Origin: Adineta vaga
Lineage: Eukaryota > Animalia > Rotifera
Length of the DNA: 64,000 nt
Direction: 5' to 3'
NCBI GenBank assembly: GCA_021613535.1
Contig: CP075492.1
Location: forward strand, 17,608,001-17,672,000
Part shown: positions 37,191 through 50,645 of the stretch, piece after piece
How the letters are laid out: every line of letters begins with the position of its first letter
How positions within the stretch are numbered: the first letter of the stretch is position 1
Made by a program: the position numbers and the translations under genes
Notes under the pieces: model-generated
Databases searched by the model: none
What the model was told of the DNA's origin: nothing
What the model saw: only the letters and a program-made list of their open reading frames with translations

Positions 37191-37235
37191 AATCCATCTG
37201 ATGAGACCCTTCAACAAGGTCGAAACCGGTAGATT
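37191..37235 (+). ncRNA. Hammerhead ribozyme motif at the 3' end of the Penelope-like element
   Basis: CTGATGA-GACC..GGTC-GAAAC-CG-GTA; stem I imperfect (aatc/gatt). Confidence 0.65.
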
Positions 37236-37949
37236 GTTTTAAAATGGAAATTGCAAAACAGGGAACGATAGTAAGATTCAAGGCGGCACAAACAACAGGA
37301 AACTGCATTTCCGAGAACGTGAACTGTATTTATAGCTTCGAATCAACAGAAATAAATATTACAACGATGACTTTAGATCAACAACGCGAGAGGAACCAAT
37401 ATTACGAAAAGCAGAGTCTCAGCGAAGCATCAGCCATTCTGATATGATGTGATCGTGAACACCAGAACGGTATTCAGCCAATATCCTCAGACCGGTTATC
37501 GGAAGATGTGGGTTCGAGTCCTGCTTTGATTTCATGATCTTTTTAGATAAGTTTTTCGTACTTATCTAAGCATATCGCTGTGGATACTTCAAATGAATTA
37601 GATCGGAATGTATCGTGGACAAATGAAAGGATTTCTAATTAAAGTTTCTTTACAATCCTATTTTCAAACACACCCACACCCACCCTGGTCTTTCGACTAA
37701 CTAGTTGTTAAATAAACCAGTGGTGAACAAGTCGTGCTTATTTTCCTTTATTGAAAATAAAACAAGAGAGATATGATATCATCTACACATCTCAATTACG
37801 AACATTAACAATAAAGTAGTATAAGACAACTAACTAAACTAGTATAGATCATAGCTTTCTATTGAATCCGACCGGGTTATTAACGTCTAGTAGGAAGGAT
37901 CCTTTGGATATAAGAGAAAGCTAACAAACAATGGAATGTATATGGTATA

Positions 37950-38552
37950 GAAATAAGAACGAACAATAATGCCGAAGGTTTCTAATACTAAATGTAAACA
38001 ATAATTGTTTTTGTTGTATTTTGAATAGACAATCACAATCGTCTTAACTCATGAATATCTAAATGTCATCCAAATATTTGGACTTTTATTCAATGTATTC
38101 AAGGTGAAGAAAATCGCTTCAATCATCTATTAATTCAAATGAAAGGTGGACTTGCTGCTCGATCAAAAACACAAAAAAACTCATGCTATTCAACAAAGAA
38201 TCGATACGTTATATCTTCGTTATGAAAATAATGATATTAATCCTAATGAACTCTTGGAAGGATTATCTTATGTTGTTGCAAAGAACATTAAATCGAAAAA
38301 AAGTAAAAAATGATATTTTTTCATCAAGTAATTTTCGCTTGAGATACTGATTGGAATTCTTATTCATTTTTACATTTAATAAAGTCTATTCTCATTTTAC
38401 GAAGATTATTTCTCTTATTCATACATTCTAACCGTCGAATATTCTCTTTACTCTTTTCGACGTTTATTCATTCGTGGTTTTTCCTTTCGATATTTTTCTC
38501 CGTCACTTCCCGTTTCGATAATTTTCTTTTCGGTCTTTTCCCACCATACCCA
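37950..38552 (+). mobile_element. 3' fragment of a MULE transposase with terminal repeats
   Basis: RTNNNAEG|..HNRLN...CHPNIWTFIQCIQGEE...QRIDTLY.RY...ELLEGLSY; downstream ttcga/ttttcc repeats ending ccaccataccc. Confidence 0.75.
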
Positions 38553-39267
38553 ATAAATAGAAAACGATCTACTTGAAATTAACTGCTACACATCGATGCC
38601 ATTATACAATCACTGATCGATTAACACTAAAACTTTAACTAAATTCTTCAGATATACTTATATAAAACAGCTAGTCCACTATCGTCTTCTTATTTAATAT
38701 AATTATAAATATTCTTTTACTCCTTTACAAAATATTGATTATGTACAAACAAATCTTTCATTTTGTCTTTTTATTACTCTAGATGCATCACAATCAACCG
38801 ATCTTCGCTCAAAAGTAAGAATATTATACCACACCAAATAAACACTAAACAAATCTATGTGAGAATGATTGTCCAAACTCTAATGGATGCTTCTTTAACA
38901 TAACAATCACCTGCAATGCTTGAGTCATTTCATTCCTGTTCTGAAATTCAAATTAGATATTTTGGTGGAATTCCTTTGAAATCGTTATAATTTCTTCTTT
39001 TTGGATTTTTAAACAGTGTTTAAATCCTACCTGATGATTTAGACTCTTGAGAAAGGTCAAAACTGTAGTTGTAGCAATTTGCGATGATAACACACCCACC
39101 CTCATCCGAAATATGTTAAGCATCATTTATTTCTTAAAAAGCAAAAAGAATTTTTTTCTCAGTGAAGTTTTTTATGTGATAGCATATAGTACGAATTATC
39201 AGCGAGTAGTCTTATCGTTTCGAATGTGTTCATGAAACTATCGTTCTCAAGAATAAATCGTCTGTAC

Positions 39268-41330
39268 TTAGCAGTGTATTTTAACGCCGACATTGCTGCC
39301 ATAAGAGTTAGCGGTAATTATATCGGGTTTGCTGTCATTATTCACATCGACGACTGCCACTGAGCGTGGACCAGTGCCAGTTGCATAAGTAGTTCCAGAA
39401 GAAAAGATCCCAGTGCCTGTATTAAGAAGAACACTGGCAGTGCTTGCCACATAATTAGCGGTAATTATATCAGGTTTGTTGTCATTATTCACGTCGACGA
39501 CTGCCACTGCCAGTGGATTAGAGCCAGTTGCATAATTCGTTTGAGAAGAAAAGGTCCCATTGCCTGCATTAAGAAGAACACTGACAGTGCTTGCCCCATA
39601 ATTAGCAGTAATTATATCGGGTTTACTGTCATTGTTCACATCGACGACTGCCACTGAGTATGGACTAGAACCAGTTGCATAAGTAGTTCGAGAAGAAAAG
39701 GTCCCAGAGCCTGTACTAAGAAGAACACTGGTACTGCTTGAATCATAATTAGCAGTAATTATATCGGGTTTACTATCATTATTCACATCGATGACTGCCA
39801 CTGATTGTGGACCAGTGTCAGTTGCATAAGTAGTTTGAGAAGAAAAGGTCCCAGCGCCTGTATTAAGAAGAACACTGACAGTGCTTGCCCCATTGTTTGC
39901 GGTAATTATATCGGGTTTGTTGTCATTATTCACGTCGACGACTGCCACTGACACTGGACTAGAGCCAGTTGCATAAGTAGTTTGAGAAGAAAAGCTCCCA
40001 GCGCCTGTATTAAGAAGAACACTAACAGTGCTTGCCCCATTGTTTGCGGTAATTATATCGGGTTTACTGTCATTGTTCACATCGACGACTGCCACTGATT
40101 GTGGACTAGAGCCAGTTGCATAATTCGTTTGAGAAGAAAAGGTCCCAGCGCCTGTATTAAGAAGAACACTGACAGTGCTTGCCCCATAATTAGCAGTAAT
40201 TATATCGGGTTTGTTGTCATTGTTCACATCGACGACTGCCACTGAGTATGGACTAGAACCAGTTGCATAAATAGTTTGAGAAGAAAAGGTCCCATTGCCT
40301 GTATTAAGAAGAACACTGACAGTGCTTGCCCCATAATTAGCAGTAATTATATCGGGTTTGTTGTCATTGTTCACATCGACGACTGCCACTGATGTTGGAC
40401 CAGAGCCAGTTGCATAGGTAGTTTGAGAAGAAAAGGTCCCAGCGCCTGTATTAAGAAGAACACTGACAGTGCTTGTCCCAAAATTAGGAGTAATTATATC
40501 GGGTTTGTTGTCATTATTCACGTCGACGACTGCCACTGACACTGGACTAGAGCCAGTTGCATAATTCGTTTGAGAAGAAAAGGTCCCATTGCCTGTATTA
40601 AGAAGAACACTGACAATGTTTGGCTCATAATTAGCGGTAATTATATCGAGTCTGCCGTCATTGTTCACATCGACGACTGCCACTGAGCGTGGACTGCTGC
40701 CGGTTGCATAAGTAGTTTGAGAAGAAAAGGTCCCAGCGCCTGTATTAAGAAGAACACTGACAGTGTTTGCCCCATTGTTTGCGGTAATTATATCGGGTTT
40801 ACTGTCGTTGTTCACATCGACGACTGCCACTGAGAATGGACTAGAACCAGTTGCATAAGTAGTTTGAGAAGAAAAGGTCCCATTGCCTGTATTAAGAAGA
40901 ACACTGACAGTGCTTGCCCCATAATTAGCAGTAATTATATCGGGTTTACTGTCGTTGTTCACATCGACGACTGCCACTGAGTATGGACTAGAACCAGTTG
41001 CATAATTCGTTTGAGAAGAAAAGGTCCCATTGCCTGTATTAAGAAGAACACTGACAGTGCTTGCCCCATAATTAGCAGTAATTATATCGGGTTTGTTGTC
41101 ATTATTCACATCGACGACTGCCACTGATTGTGGACCAGTGCCAGTTGCATAATTCGTTTGAGAAGAAAAGGTCCCAGTGCCTGTATTAAGAAGAACACTG
41201 ACAGTGCTTGCCCCATAATTAGCGGTAATTATATCGGGTTTGTTGTCATTATTCACATCGACGACTGCCACTGATTGTGGACCAGTGCCAGTTGCATAAG
41301 CAAATGCGGTAACGAACGTGTTGTTGGGCA
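39268..41330 (-). CDS. FG-GAP/VCBS-repeat protein (14 near-identical 49-aa repeats), terminal exon
   Basis: Repeats of YATGSSP.SVAVVDVNNDNKPDIITANYGASTVSVLLNTG.GTFSSQT (147-bp unit); probable splice acceptor at ~41331. Confidence 0.9.
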
Positions 41331-42069
41331 CTATTTGATAAAACAATTACTGTTTCAGCTTAATCCATCATTAGTTGAAATAAGCAGTCCAAAAAATCCG
41401 TTTTGTTTCATCTGTATTGAGCATCTACCTCTCATTTTTATAAGCGTCACCATGATGGGGAACTGTAATCTACAAGGTTCTCTGTTATAGATACACAACT
41501 CGAGTTACGGTACAGGATTCTTTGTTGATTTCGAACTTGGCAAAAATGGGCAATTCATGGCATTGCATGCACGAGCGTGATGAAAGTAGAAGTGGCTCTG
41601 AGGTGGTACGTAAGCTTTTAAAGATGTAAGATTCAAGGTGCGAAGTTGAGTTATCTTTCTGTGCTTCTGAAAGCTAGTCTCACACTGTGACATCGGAGGT
41701 TCGATAGTATGCTTTGCTTCAATGATGAGCGAAACTATTGTGACGATTTCTGATTCAAGAGATGAAAAGTAGTATGTGTATTCTTTTATTTCATCCAAAG
41801 AAATCGTATCTATAGTGTATTTCCCTCGTCCTTATATAGTTCTCGGTACATACAGTGTCACGCTACAGAAAAATATAAAATTCCATGGATAATATGTAAA
41901 ATCTATTGCTAGCATTAAGTGAGGTTATGGACCAAAGAGACATGCGATCAAAGTTCGCTCTAGAGGAAGATAATCTATGTCAAGCATGAGGGGAAGTCCA
42001 AACATATCATGCATAAGAGTGGAACTATCATATGCATATCATATGAATATCACACCATAAAAATATATG

Positions 42070-42188
42070 TCGTAGGCCATACTCGTATTCAGGCCAATCT
42101 AGGATCCGACTAGTCCAATCCTGGATTGGCGTAATTTTTGTCAGGCCAATCTTGGATTGGACTAGACGAATCCTAGATTGGCCTACAA
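42070..42188. repeat. Small palindromic repeat
   Basis: ggccaatctaggat..gactagtccaatcc mirrored by ggattggactagacgaatcctagattggcc. Confidence 0.6.
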
Positions 42189-45100
42189 CATATATAAGGA
42201 AAGAAAACATATGAGTATATCGATATCTCTCCGTTGAGTAGATGAGATAAGAGGTTAATATCTTAGTGTAAACAGAAAGAAGGAAAATAGAGGATGATCG
42301 TTTAGGTCGTCGACACAAGAGAAGAAGAGAGGAGAAAAAGGAAAGAGAAAGCATAGAGAAAAGAGAAGAAGGGAGAAATACAATCCAAGGACAAATATCG
42401 TAACGTATGAAAAGCAGAAAGATAGTGTACAATCATTTAGATTGTCACAACTATGACATAGGAGAGTGTAATCACAAATTCTTTTTTGAAACATTACTGT
42501 GCATAAGTGATGGTGAAGTCGTATCCTCCTGTTGCGAAATACCATCACGCTCCGACGAAAAATGTTTTATCTTGTTTTTGGCTGTATGATTCGTAGTCTT
42601 CGTGCAAAAACGAGCCACATGTCATGGTAATAACGTCAGTGACGTTATTTCTATACCACTATCTCAAAGTCTTGTTAATCGTTAAATTAAGAACGATTCT
42701 AACAGTACTCTTATATAAATGCTCGATATATAGGAGAAATTCTAAAATCTATCAACAGGCTTATTGAGAATTTCGTCATCAATTAGAAGGATTTTTGAGT
42801 CTCTTGTAAATTGCTATCTATGAGGGTGAACACATTTTTGTCTATCTTGTGCATCAAAATAAATCGATAAAACTCTTTAATTGGTTTTAAAAATTCACTG
42901 TTTGATCAGACTGATATTTAGAACGAATCGAATGCTGTTTTTTCGAATACTTTTTATTACTTCATTTTTGGGTTACTAAGCAACGAACCGAAACCAAACA
43001 AAAGAACGTAAACTAATACAGTAGATAAGATGTTAGCGATAAATTATTTTTGAATCAATAGTGCTAGCTCTATCCAGCATAGTTTGAGTGAAGTATACAA
43101 TACTTATCTGATGTGATGACGATACAACAGCGAATATTAGAAAGCAATAATAGAGTAAAGAAAAATAAATTCATCGATATTTTTTCTGCGACTACTAGTA
43201 GTTAACTCCACAATCTGCTTGTTCATCAGTTATAAACACCATGGCAAATTAATCTCGTGCATCCTAACAAAATCTCATTTACAGATTATGCAAACCTTGC
43301 TTATTCCCATTGTGATTTTCATGCAGTACGTTCATCTGCAGTCGATATACAATATTCTTGAGGATCATTTGAGAAAACGGAACACTTGCACAGATACTTA
43401 ACGAGGGAATCATCCGAAATGAGTGGCAACATATTTGACTTCGGACCTTTTACATTATTTAGGTTCTAGCTGCGTATGAAAAATTCAAAAAAGAAAAATA
43501 CTGATGGTGTTTTTCTATAAATTTTTATACGTCTCACTGAAGTTTCAACTTACAGTATTCAACACACTCAAACATTAGATAACTATACGATAAGGTTAAG
43601 TTTTATCATCAGATACTTCGACTTGGTAAAAGTTTCAATATTCCGTAAAACATAAAACAGGCTCATGCTTAGTTTAGGAGTCTGAGATCTGTCATTTTGG
43701 ATGACATTCAGATTACCACTAGAAATATACAGACATATCTAAAAGTAGTGATCGTGGCTCTTGAATACCATTTATAGTAAGCTTTAAAAGACCTTTTCTC
43801 GATACAGTCTGACAGAGAAAACAATGCTCTGATTTTCTATGGTATTTGATATTACGTCAGTTGATATCGAAATAGTAGAATCTGGGTACGATCTGTTATT
43901 CGATCTTATGTAACTGTTATACCAACATCCATTTAATCAATATTTTGTCAATAACTTTGGAGCGAAATAAGACGGAGAGTTTCGACTATGAAGATTAGAA
44001 AACAGAGAGGAGCATGCATGGAATTACGTATAATACATTTTTCTAAATATTATTTACTATTTCTTCAATGATTATTTCCAGTATTTAAGAAACATTACTT
44101 CTGACTTCATCTACAGAATCTGTGATTCCTCAATGACTAATAAAATATATGTAAGTTTTCCAAATTTTTATTGATTTTATCGAGGCGATTTGAATGCATA
44201 CATGATCACTGAGACTTCACTATAAATACTTTACAGAATAAATTGGTTTTGAAAGTGGACGAATAGAATCTTCGACAGAGCATATAAATGAGTTTACAAT
44301 ATTCGATCGCATGCATCTTCACTTCCTTTGTCCATCGATGAGAACTGCACTATTGTATCTTATTTGTATGAAAAGTTATCGACAAAATATTCACGCTCTG
44401 CATATTAGTACCAGTATCACGCTAGAAATGTTGATAGGACTTGTACTGAATATCAATTTCTATCATCACCATACGATCTATGTGTGTGCAACAGGTAACT
44501 CAATCAAATTTTGTTCTCATATCACATAACTTAGGTGGAAGTTCATGAAAAAATAATACACAGAAATATTTTACGCAAACATTATGGACACCGTAGTTTA
44601 CACATACTATTGTAAAATGTCACACCCTCAAGATTTGAGTTGTGTATAATTCTTCGACAATCCTTCCTACGCCGTAGAAAAAGGAAAGTTAGCGAATACT
44701 ATCAGTTAAACTATCTTCGGTACGTTTTTCAAAAATTGACGAATGCCGTCAAGGTATCCACGATTTTCTCATCTTTTGGGATGGATTTGAATGTCTGCAC
44801 TGGCGACCCGCAACTTTCATTCTAGAACTGTTGCTTCTTTAGGTCGTATTTGAAGTAAACTTGGAGTGAGATCTATAGCTGGAGTCGCTCATCTCTGACA
44901 TGCAAGACAAAACATTGTTGCCTTGACAGATGCAAAACTTTCAAGTGCATGTCTCTCTACATTTCAAGGCCTTTTTCTAAAATGCGACGTTTTCAATATG
45001 GAAGGTTCTCAACAACCATCGAGGACTGCTGCTAGTCGGACTATACAGAAAGTTGTTTTCTTAAACTTATCATATGATATTCAAGGATCACGATTAGACG

Positions 45101-45991
45101 TGTACCAACCCGAAACCGTTTGAGTTCCATAAATTTGGATGTCGGTTAGGGTTTGCGCATTGTGTTTGGATATCATTTTGGGGTTTATTCTTCTGTGTGA
45201 CTGAAGTATTGAAACTTTCGATATCTGAGTCAGGCTCAAACTCATTACGAACCCAAACTTCTGAACAGTTTGGATATGGGTTTGGTACACATATCCAGTC
45301 ACGATCATTACCAGCTTCAGTAAAACGCGAATAAGTTTTGAGTATTTGATGCCTGTCTGAGATTAACTTAATGTAAAGGATTCGAACTCAACCATGGTTA
45401 ATGACATCAGATGGTTTCGTTGAAAAACACCTTTAATAAAATTGTAAGCGTGCTGGAAGTCGTTTTTCTAAATTTCTTAGATTTTCTGCGAGATTTTCAA
45501 AACGACTATTGAGTTCGTCGCAAATACCGAAAGTTTTCTAAAGTTTCACAGCGTGTACACAGCTTTTTCTTTTTTTTTCAACGAAATCTTTCCCATTGAA
45601 TAACCTAATTCCCGTCGCAACTGAAGATCTCCTTCGACAAATGTTTCAAAAGACATGTGCAAAGACTCCCTTGTAATTGATTAATATATGCAATAATCAG
45701 GTCTTTAACACTCAAAAGCCGAATGTTTACTTCCGAGGACATCGTATTAATCGTTATAGAACGAAGCTACTATTTTCTGGGGTAAATGCGGTCAAATTGA
45801 CTGTAAAATGAGGAAAGAATCATACTAAAACATCTGTCATACACCAAAACATAGTTCTGGAATATGTACACGGAAAGAAATTTCCGGCGAATAATAAACC
45901 CTTTTTCAGCGTTTATTATTCTTCGGAAATTATTTTAGTGAATAGTTTTTTCAGTAGAATTGGCTACTCAGACATTTCTGTCTTCTGATAT

Positions 45992-46149
45992 CACTCTAAA
46001 TAAAAAAGCTAAGGTGACCGAACCCATCAAAAGGGTTTCGTAGATTTTGAAAACCATTTCTTTTGATTTGTCAACGCATTCTGAAGCTTTTGAAATCTAC
46101 GAAACCCTTTTGATGGGTTCGATCACATTACCTTTTTTATTTAGAGTGT
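45992..46149. mobile_element. MITE with CACTCTAAA termini
   Basis: cactctaaataaaaaag..gaacccatcaaaagggtttcgtagattt / aaatctacgaaacccttttgatgggttc..cttttttatttagagtg. Confidence 0.85.
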
Positions 46150-46874
46150 ATATACAACGTGGACTTCGGATGATATCATTAGAAATAAGTCAAAGCTACA
46201 GTATAAAACAGCATCACAGCCTTTTAACTTTTCTACCAATACATTTTGAAGTAATAACAAAATGTTTTTTTCTGACGATACTTGGCCCTAGTAGCCCAGG
46301 TTATTATGAATTTTTCGCTCAATAAATGATATAAGATATGTTAAAATGTTATCGGAGTGAACCTTCAGTTATTCTAAATCATATTGGAAACCACTACGAT
46401 CGAAAAATTGAGAAGATCGTATATCACCCAGCTCATCTCGTTTGAAAAAACTTTTTGAGTTACTCAGCATTTTTAACTGCAGTATGTGCATACTGAGAGT
46501 CCAGAATCTCTATTTCTGTGATTAGTTCTTCCTCAGCTTCTTCAAAACTCACTTCGGCTTTTAAGGATTAATCAATGTTTTCATGCACAAGAAAATACTT
46601 TTTTATCATTTTTTGCGATGAAAATGCGTGAAGACAAAGAAAAATACTATTTCTATGCTATGAAAATCTTATAAATATCCTGAAAATGTCGAAAATGAAT
46701 TTCGTTCCCCAGAAAACGTTTTAAATGAATAATTATAGAAAAAATTGAAAGGATTAGAAGAGCTCTGAGAAAGTTTACAGGTAGAATGATTCAAAAGACC
46801 GAGCTCTTCTATTTTGTGAGAGACTTCTGATAGCTTGTTGTTCAGCACATAGAAAGCGATTATTATTTGGTTTG

Positions 46875-48142
46875 TTACGTACCACAAACTGATGCAGTCG
46901 TTGATGTCGAGGTTGTTGATGTTGAGCTTGATGTTGTTGAGGTTGAAGTTGTTGAGGTTGAAGTTGTTGACGTTGAGCTGGATGTTGTTGATGTTGACGT
47001 TGTGCTGGATGTTGTTGATGTTGTTGTTGAGCTTGTTGAGGTTGAAGTTGTTGACGTAGTGGTTGGTTCTTTTTTGTATGAAGAATAAATATCAAAATGA
47101 GAAAAAAAAGAATTCAGCAAGGCATAATTACAAATTGGTATTGTTTATTTGAACACTATGAATATCACTCACTTTTAACAATAACGGTAACTTCTCACGT
47201 TTACCTCGAAGTCTTCTACTCCTCCTCTTCTACAAGAATGTGAGTGTGGATTAAGATAACGACAACACCTACCTACACCTATAGTGCACTTCTAACATAG
47301 AGTGTGGAAGTCATTTTCCTTTGGGTCAAAGCAATTGTTTCACATACTATTAGTTTTCAGTTTACTCACGAAAAAAGCATTGTTCTAGTCTACTGAGTGC
47401 AATGAAAGCTAATTTTCTCCTAAAACCAGAATAGTTAATCCGCGAAAATATAATTCTAGTAAAAAGCAAAACAGCGAAAACGATTTGGAGACAAGTGGTA
47501 TGGATTTCACCATGGCAAAAATAGAGATCAAACTGCAATCTTCTATTTCCCATTTGTCAATAGACCTAGTGCAGTGACCTGGAGATGTTTGAGGTTAATG
47601 GCCACAAATTCCCAAACCCTTTGTAAACTTTCCGTCCGATAGCTTTCTGCATTGTACTCAGATCTAGTTCTAAGGAAGCTCTATTGAAGGTTTGACATGT
47701 CTGCAACGACCTTCATGAGGCAACCCAAAGTCAACACTAGATAAGTGTGGATCAATCGGTATACGGTGCGAAGATCTCTTGCTTATGGTATATTACAACT
47801 ATACTAACCTGGCGGCATTCGTGTTTCAGAAATGACTATCATTGTTGTGGTCTCTATATTTGCTTGCAAGTTGTTATTTAGATCCATGATGTTGATAAAC
47901 AATTGACATTTCGAAGTTGCCTGTTGAAAAGTGATTGCTTTACATTGAGGTTGCCCTAAACAGTCGATTTGACATTGTCGGATGTCCGGTGCAGTTGTAG
48001 TAACGAATGGCAAACAAGTTGAGTTAGCACATTGAAATTCGCATCCATTCATGATTGATATTGCAAACGACTTTGTATCTTGCATAAACGATTGTTCGTA
48101 AAGACCGAACAAAAGCAACATTGAAATTCTTATCCAATCCAT
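46875..48142 (-). CDS. Secreted Apple/PAN-like domain protein with Thr/Ser-rich tail (2 exons)
   Basis: Exon 48142-47809: signal + CEFQCANSTCLP...CQIDCL.QPQCKA.TF...CQLF. Exon ~47068-46875: PTTTSTTSTS...VCGT*. Confidence 0.7.
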
Positions 48143-49509
48143 AACTCTTTTAGTCAGACTTTAACTTGACAGCAACAATTGTATTTAGAATAAAATGAAT
48201 ATCAACTGCTACTAGTAGATGCCTTTTTATTCTCTTTTTTTCCCTCTTCTAGAATAAGAATATACTTTTTGTCTTAACCTATAGTTTGAAAAAAAGAGTC
48301 ATATCTTGGTGTAATATTCAAAATTACTACATGAAATATTCATGATGAGAATGGTGTGCTGGTTTTCCTTCAAACATTCTGAATAAGTCATGCGCTCAAA
48401 AATACTGCTGTTTCATAGATATTGCGCAGATGGTGGGCGAAACAGCACATCTTTTTTCTTCGTGTTCAGTGTGGGATAAAAAAAAGAAATGAAACAACAC
48501 AAAGGAGAATGTATTATTATGATGAATGCTTGTCTAAGTTCTTTTATCTAATGACATCGATCTATTCAATATTTAGTTGTTCATTTTCATTCTTTCTTCC
48601 AATTCGATGTTGCTATTGTAAAACTCGACCCTGACATCGCTCCTGTTCATATTTGTATCTGTAACATAGATCTCAATGGCAGCACTAAAGCATCAATAAT
48701 TAATGACTTTCCATTTCATAATATTTTTCACTTCATCGCGATCTTCAAACAAGCCTCTAATTATTGATCCTGTGATAGTTTTGAGAAGAAGCACAAATAA
48801 GACTATACAAGTAGAGTTTTACCATGAACAGTTTCCATTGTTCTAGAAAAGTTTTCTTTATTTCTCTGTGTGACAAAACAATCTGAGCAAATTCATTTAA
48901 CATTACACAAATACATAGATTTTTCCTCGATTTGTTTGGAAATTTTTGAGAAAGTAGACATTAATAAACAATTCGTTTACAAAAGTTTGTTCAAATGAGT
49001 GAAGTATTGTTTGTCAATCGTTATTAAAACTACTTGACTACCATATCCTATACTACCTACAATATCTAAATGTTTGAAGTAAATTTATTACTAAACTAAT
49101 GAATTCATTACCATAAGTTCTAGTTGGAATTTTCATCTTTCCTTCTTTCATAACATTTGAAGAAAAAGAAAACAATCTCATCGACAAAAAACTGTTGCTA
49201 TACACAACGTTGTGCAACTGAAGATTGATATGAAAGAACGTTTATTTTTTACCTACATATAGAGAGTGTGCATTAAGCATATTGTTTTGTAGTGAATTAT
49301 GTTATAGTTAGTTCTTGAAAAAACTGTTTAGTGATGTCGAAGTATCTCACAAATGAGACGAATAATCAATGAAGAATACGTTTAATATCGACTTAAGAAA
49401 GAAAATTCACTTTTATACAATAATATTTTAACATTGAAAAACAATTGGAAATTATATAAAAATGAGAATGCTTCCTATTCCCAAAAGTTACACATTCCTG
49501 CACTCCCTT

Positions 49510-49745
49510 CCCACCCTGAATAGCTATCCGTCAATTCCGGAATAACGTAACCCACCGTTACCAACGGATGCCAGTCAATACCAGGAATTCCTGCTTCGCA
49601 TTTCCCTCAAATCCATCGAATAACATGAAATTCCTGGTCATTTCTGCCTATTCCGGAATTCGAGCAGATCCGGAATCGGTGGGAATTAACAGCAGTTTCT
49701 TGTCGTTCCAGCCTGTTTTGGAGGTTACAGCATTGGCTGGGTGGC
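49510..49745. mobile_element. MITE-like repeat (CCACCC...GGGTGG ends, internal ttccggaat units)
   Basis: cccaccctg at ~49510, ggctgggtgg at ~49735-49744, several attccggaat motifs. Confidence 0.45.
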
Positions 49746-50264
49746 GAATGGTGATGCGGGAGGAGAAATCGATATGTAAGGCGCGACTTATGACCGGTGA
49801 AATTAGTATAAATCAGAAGAGAAATTGATCCAGGTCGAAGATTTGCTGTGTATATATGAGTATACGTAGCCGATGGTATGCAAGAATTCCTAATTGATGT
49901 GAGGTGAAAGGGCCAATGATATTTAATGACTCGACAAGTTATGAGGGTGATTAGCTGTTGTTGAAAATGATGAAGAGAAAAGCATTTGAGTGAGAACTTT
50001 ATTTTTGGAATCACTTGCTTCTGCGTCGCAGGATAGTTGATTGTGTACTTGTTAGTATGTTTCGAATATTCAGTCTTTTAGATTCACTAATTTGTTCTTT
50101 TTTTATTCCGGCTGTGTAGTTTCTGACTTGCCTGGTGACCGAGCCTCTAGCGCACTTTCATCCTAGTCGACCGACCAAGCATTCCGCACATCCACACCCT
50201 CAAGATGCAAATCGTCAATTTAGCATCGATTTTTTTTTTGAAATTCTATTCAATGAGTTATTAC

Positions 50265-50645
50265 ATCGGTGTGAAGCTAGCACCACGTAACTAGCACGAA
50301 AAGCTAAGATTTAGCTAAAAATTTTTCTAAAAATGAATTCCCGTCCATAAAAAGTAGTCTATTCGATGCAGAATTTAATTCTGAATCGAATGGTGAAACT
50401 TTTATCCATAGGAAAACGATCGGGAAAATTTTACCTAGATCTTTACTTTTCTTTTGCATAGAGCAAAAAATCCAGATGAAATTTTCCCGATCGTTTTCCC
50501 GTGGATAAAAGTTTCACCATTCGATGCAGAGTTTAATTCTGAATCGAATAGACTAGTTTTTATGGACGGGAATTCATTTTTAGAAAAAATTTTAGCTAAA
50601 TCTTAGTTTTTCGTGCTAGTTACGTGGTGCTAGCTTCACACCGAT
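50265..50645. mobile_element. Foldback MITE (381-bp near-perfect palindrome) truncating the Helitron
   Basis: atcggtgtgaagctagcaccacgtaactagcacgaaaa... / ...ttttcgtgctagttacgtggtgctagcttcacaccgat. Confidence 0.9.

Noticed and set aside
37500-37535. tRNA T-arm/B-box-like GGTTCGAGTCC
   Set aside because: No convincing acceptor stem, D arm or anticodon arm could be folded; at most a degenerate tRNA/SINE remnant.
43200-45600. Short ORFs and possible decayed gene remnants (also 48400-49200 and 62500-63160)
   Set aside because: No recognisable motifs or consistent reading frame; cannot support a call.
46775-47095. Gln/His-rich and Val/Asp/Glu-rich ORFs
   Set aside because: Alternative frames of the Thr/Ser-rich exon.
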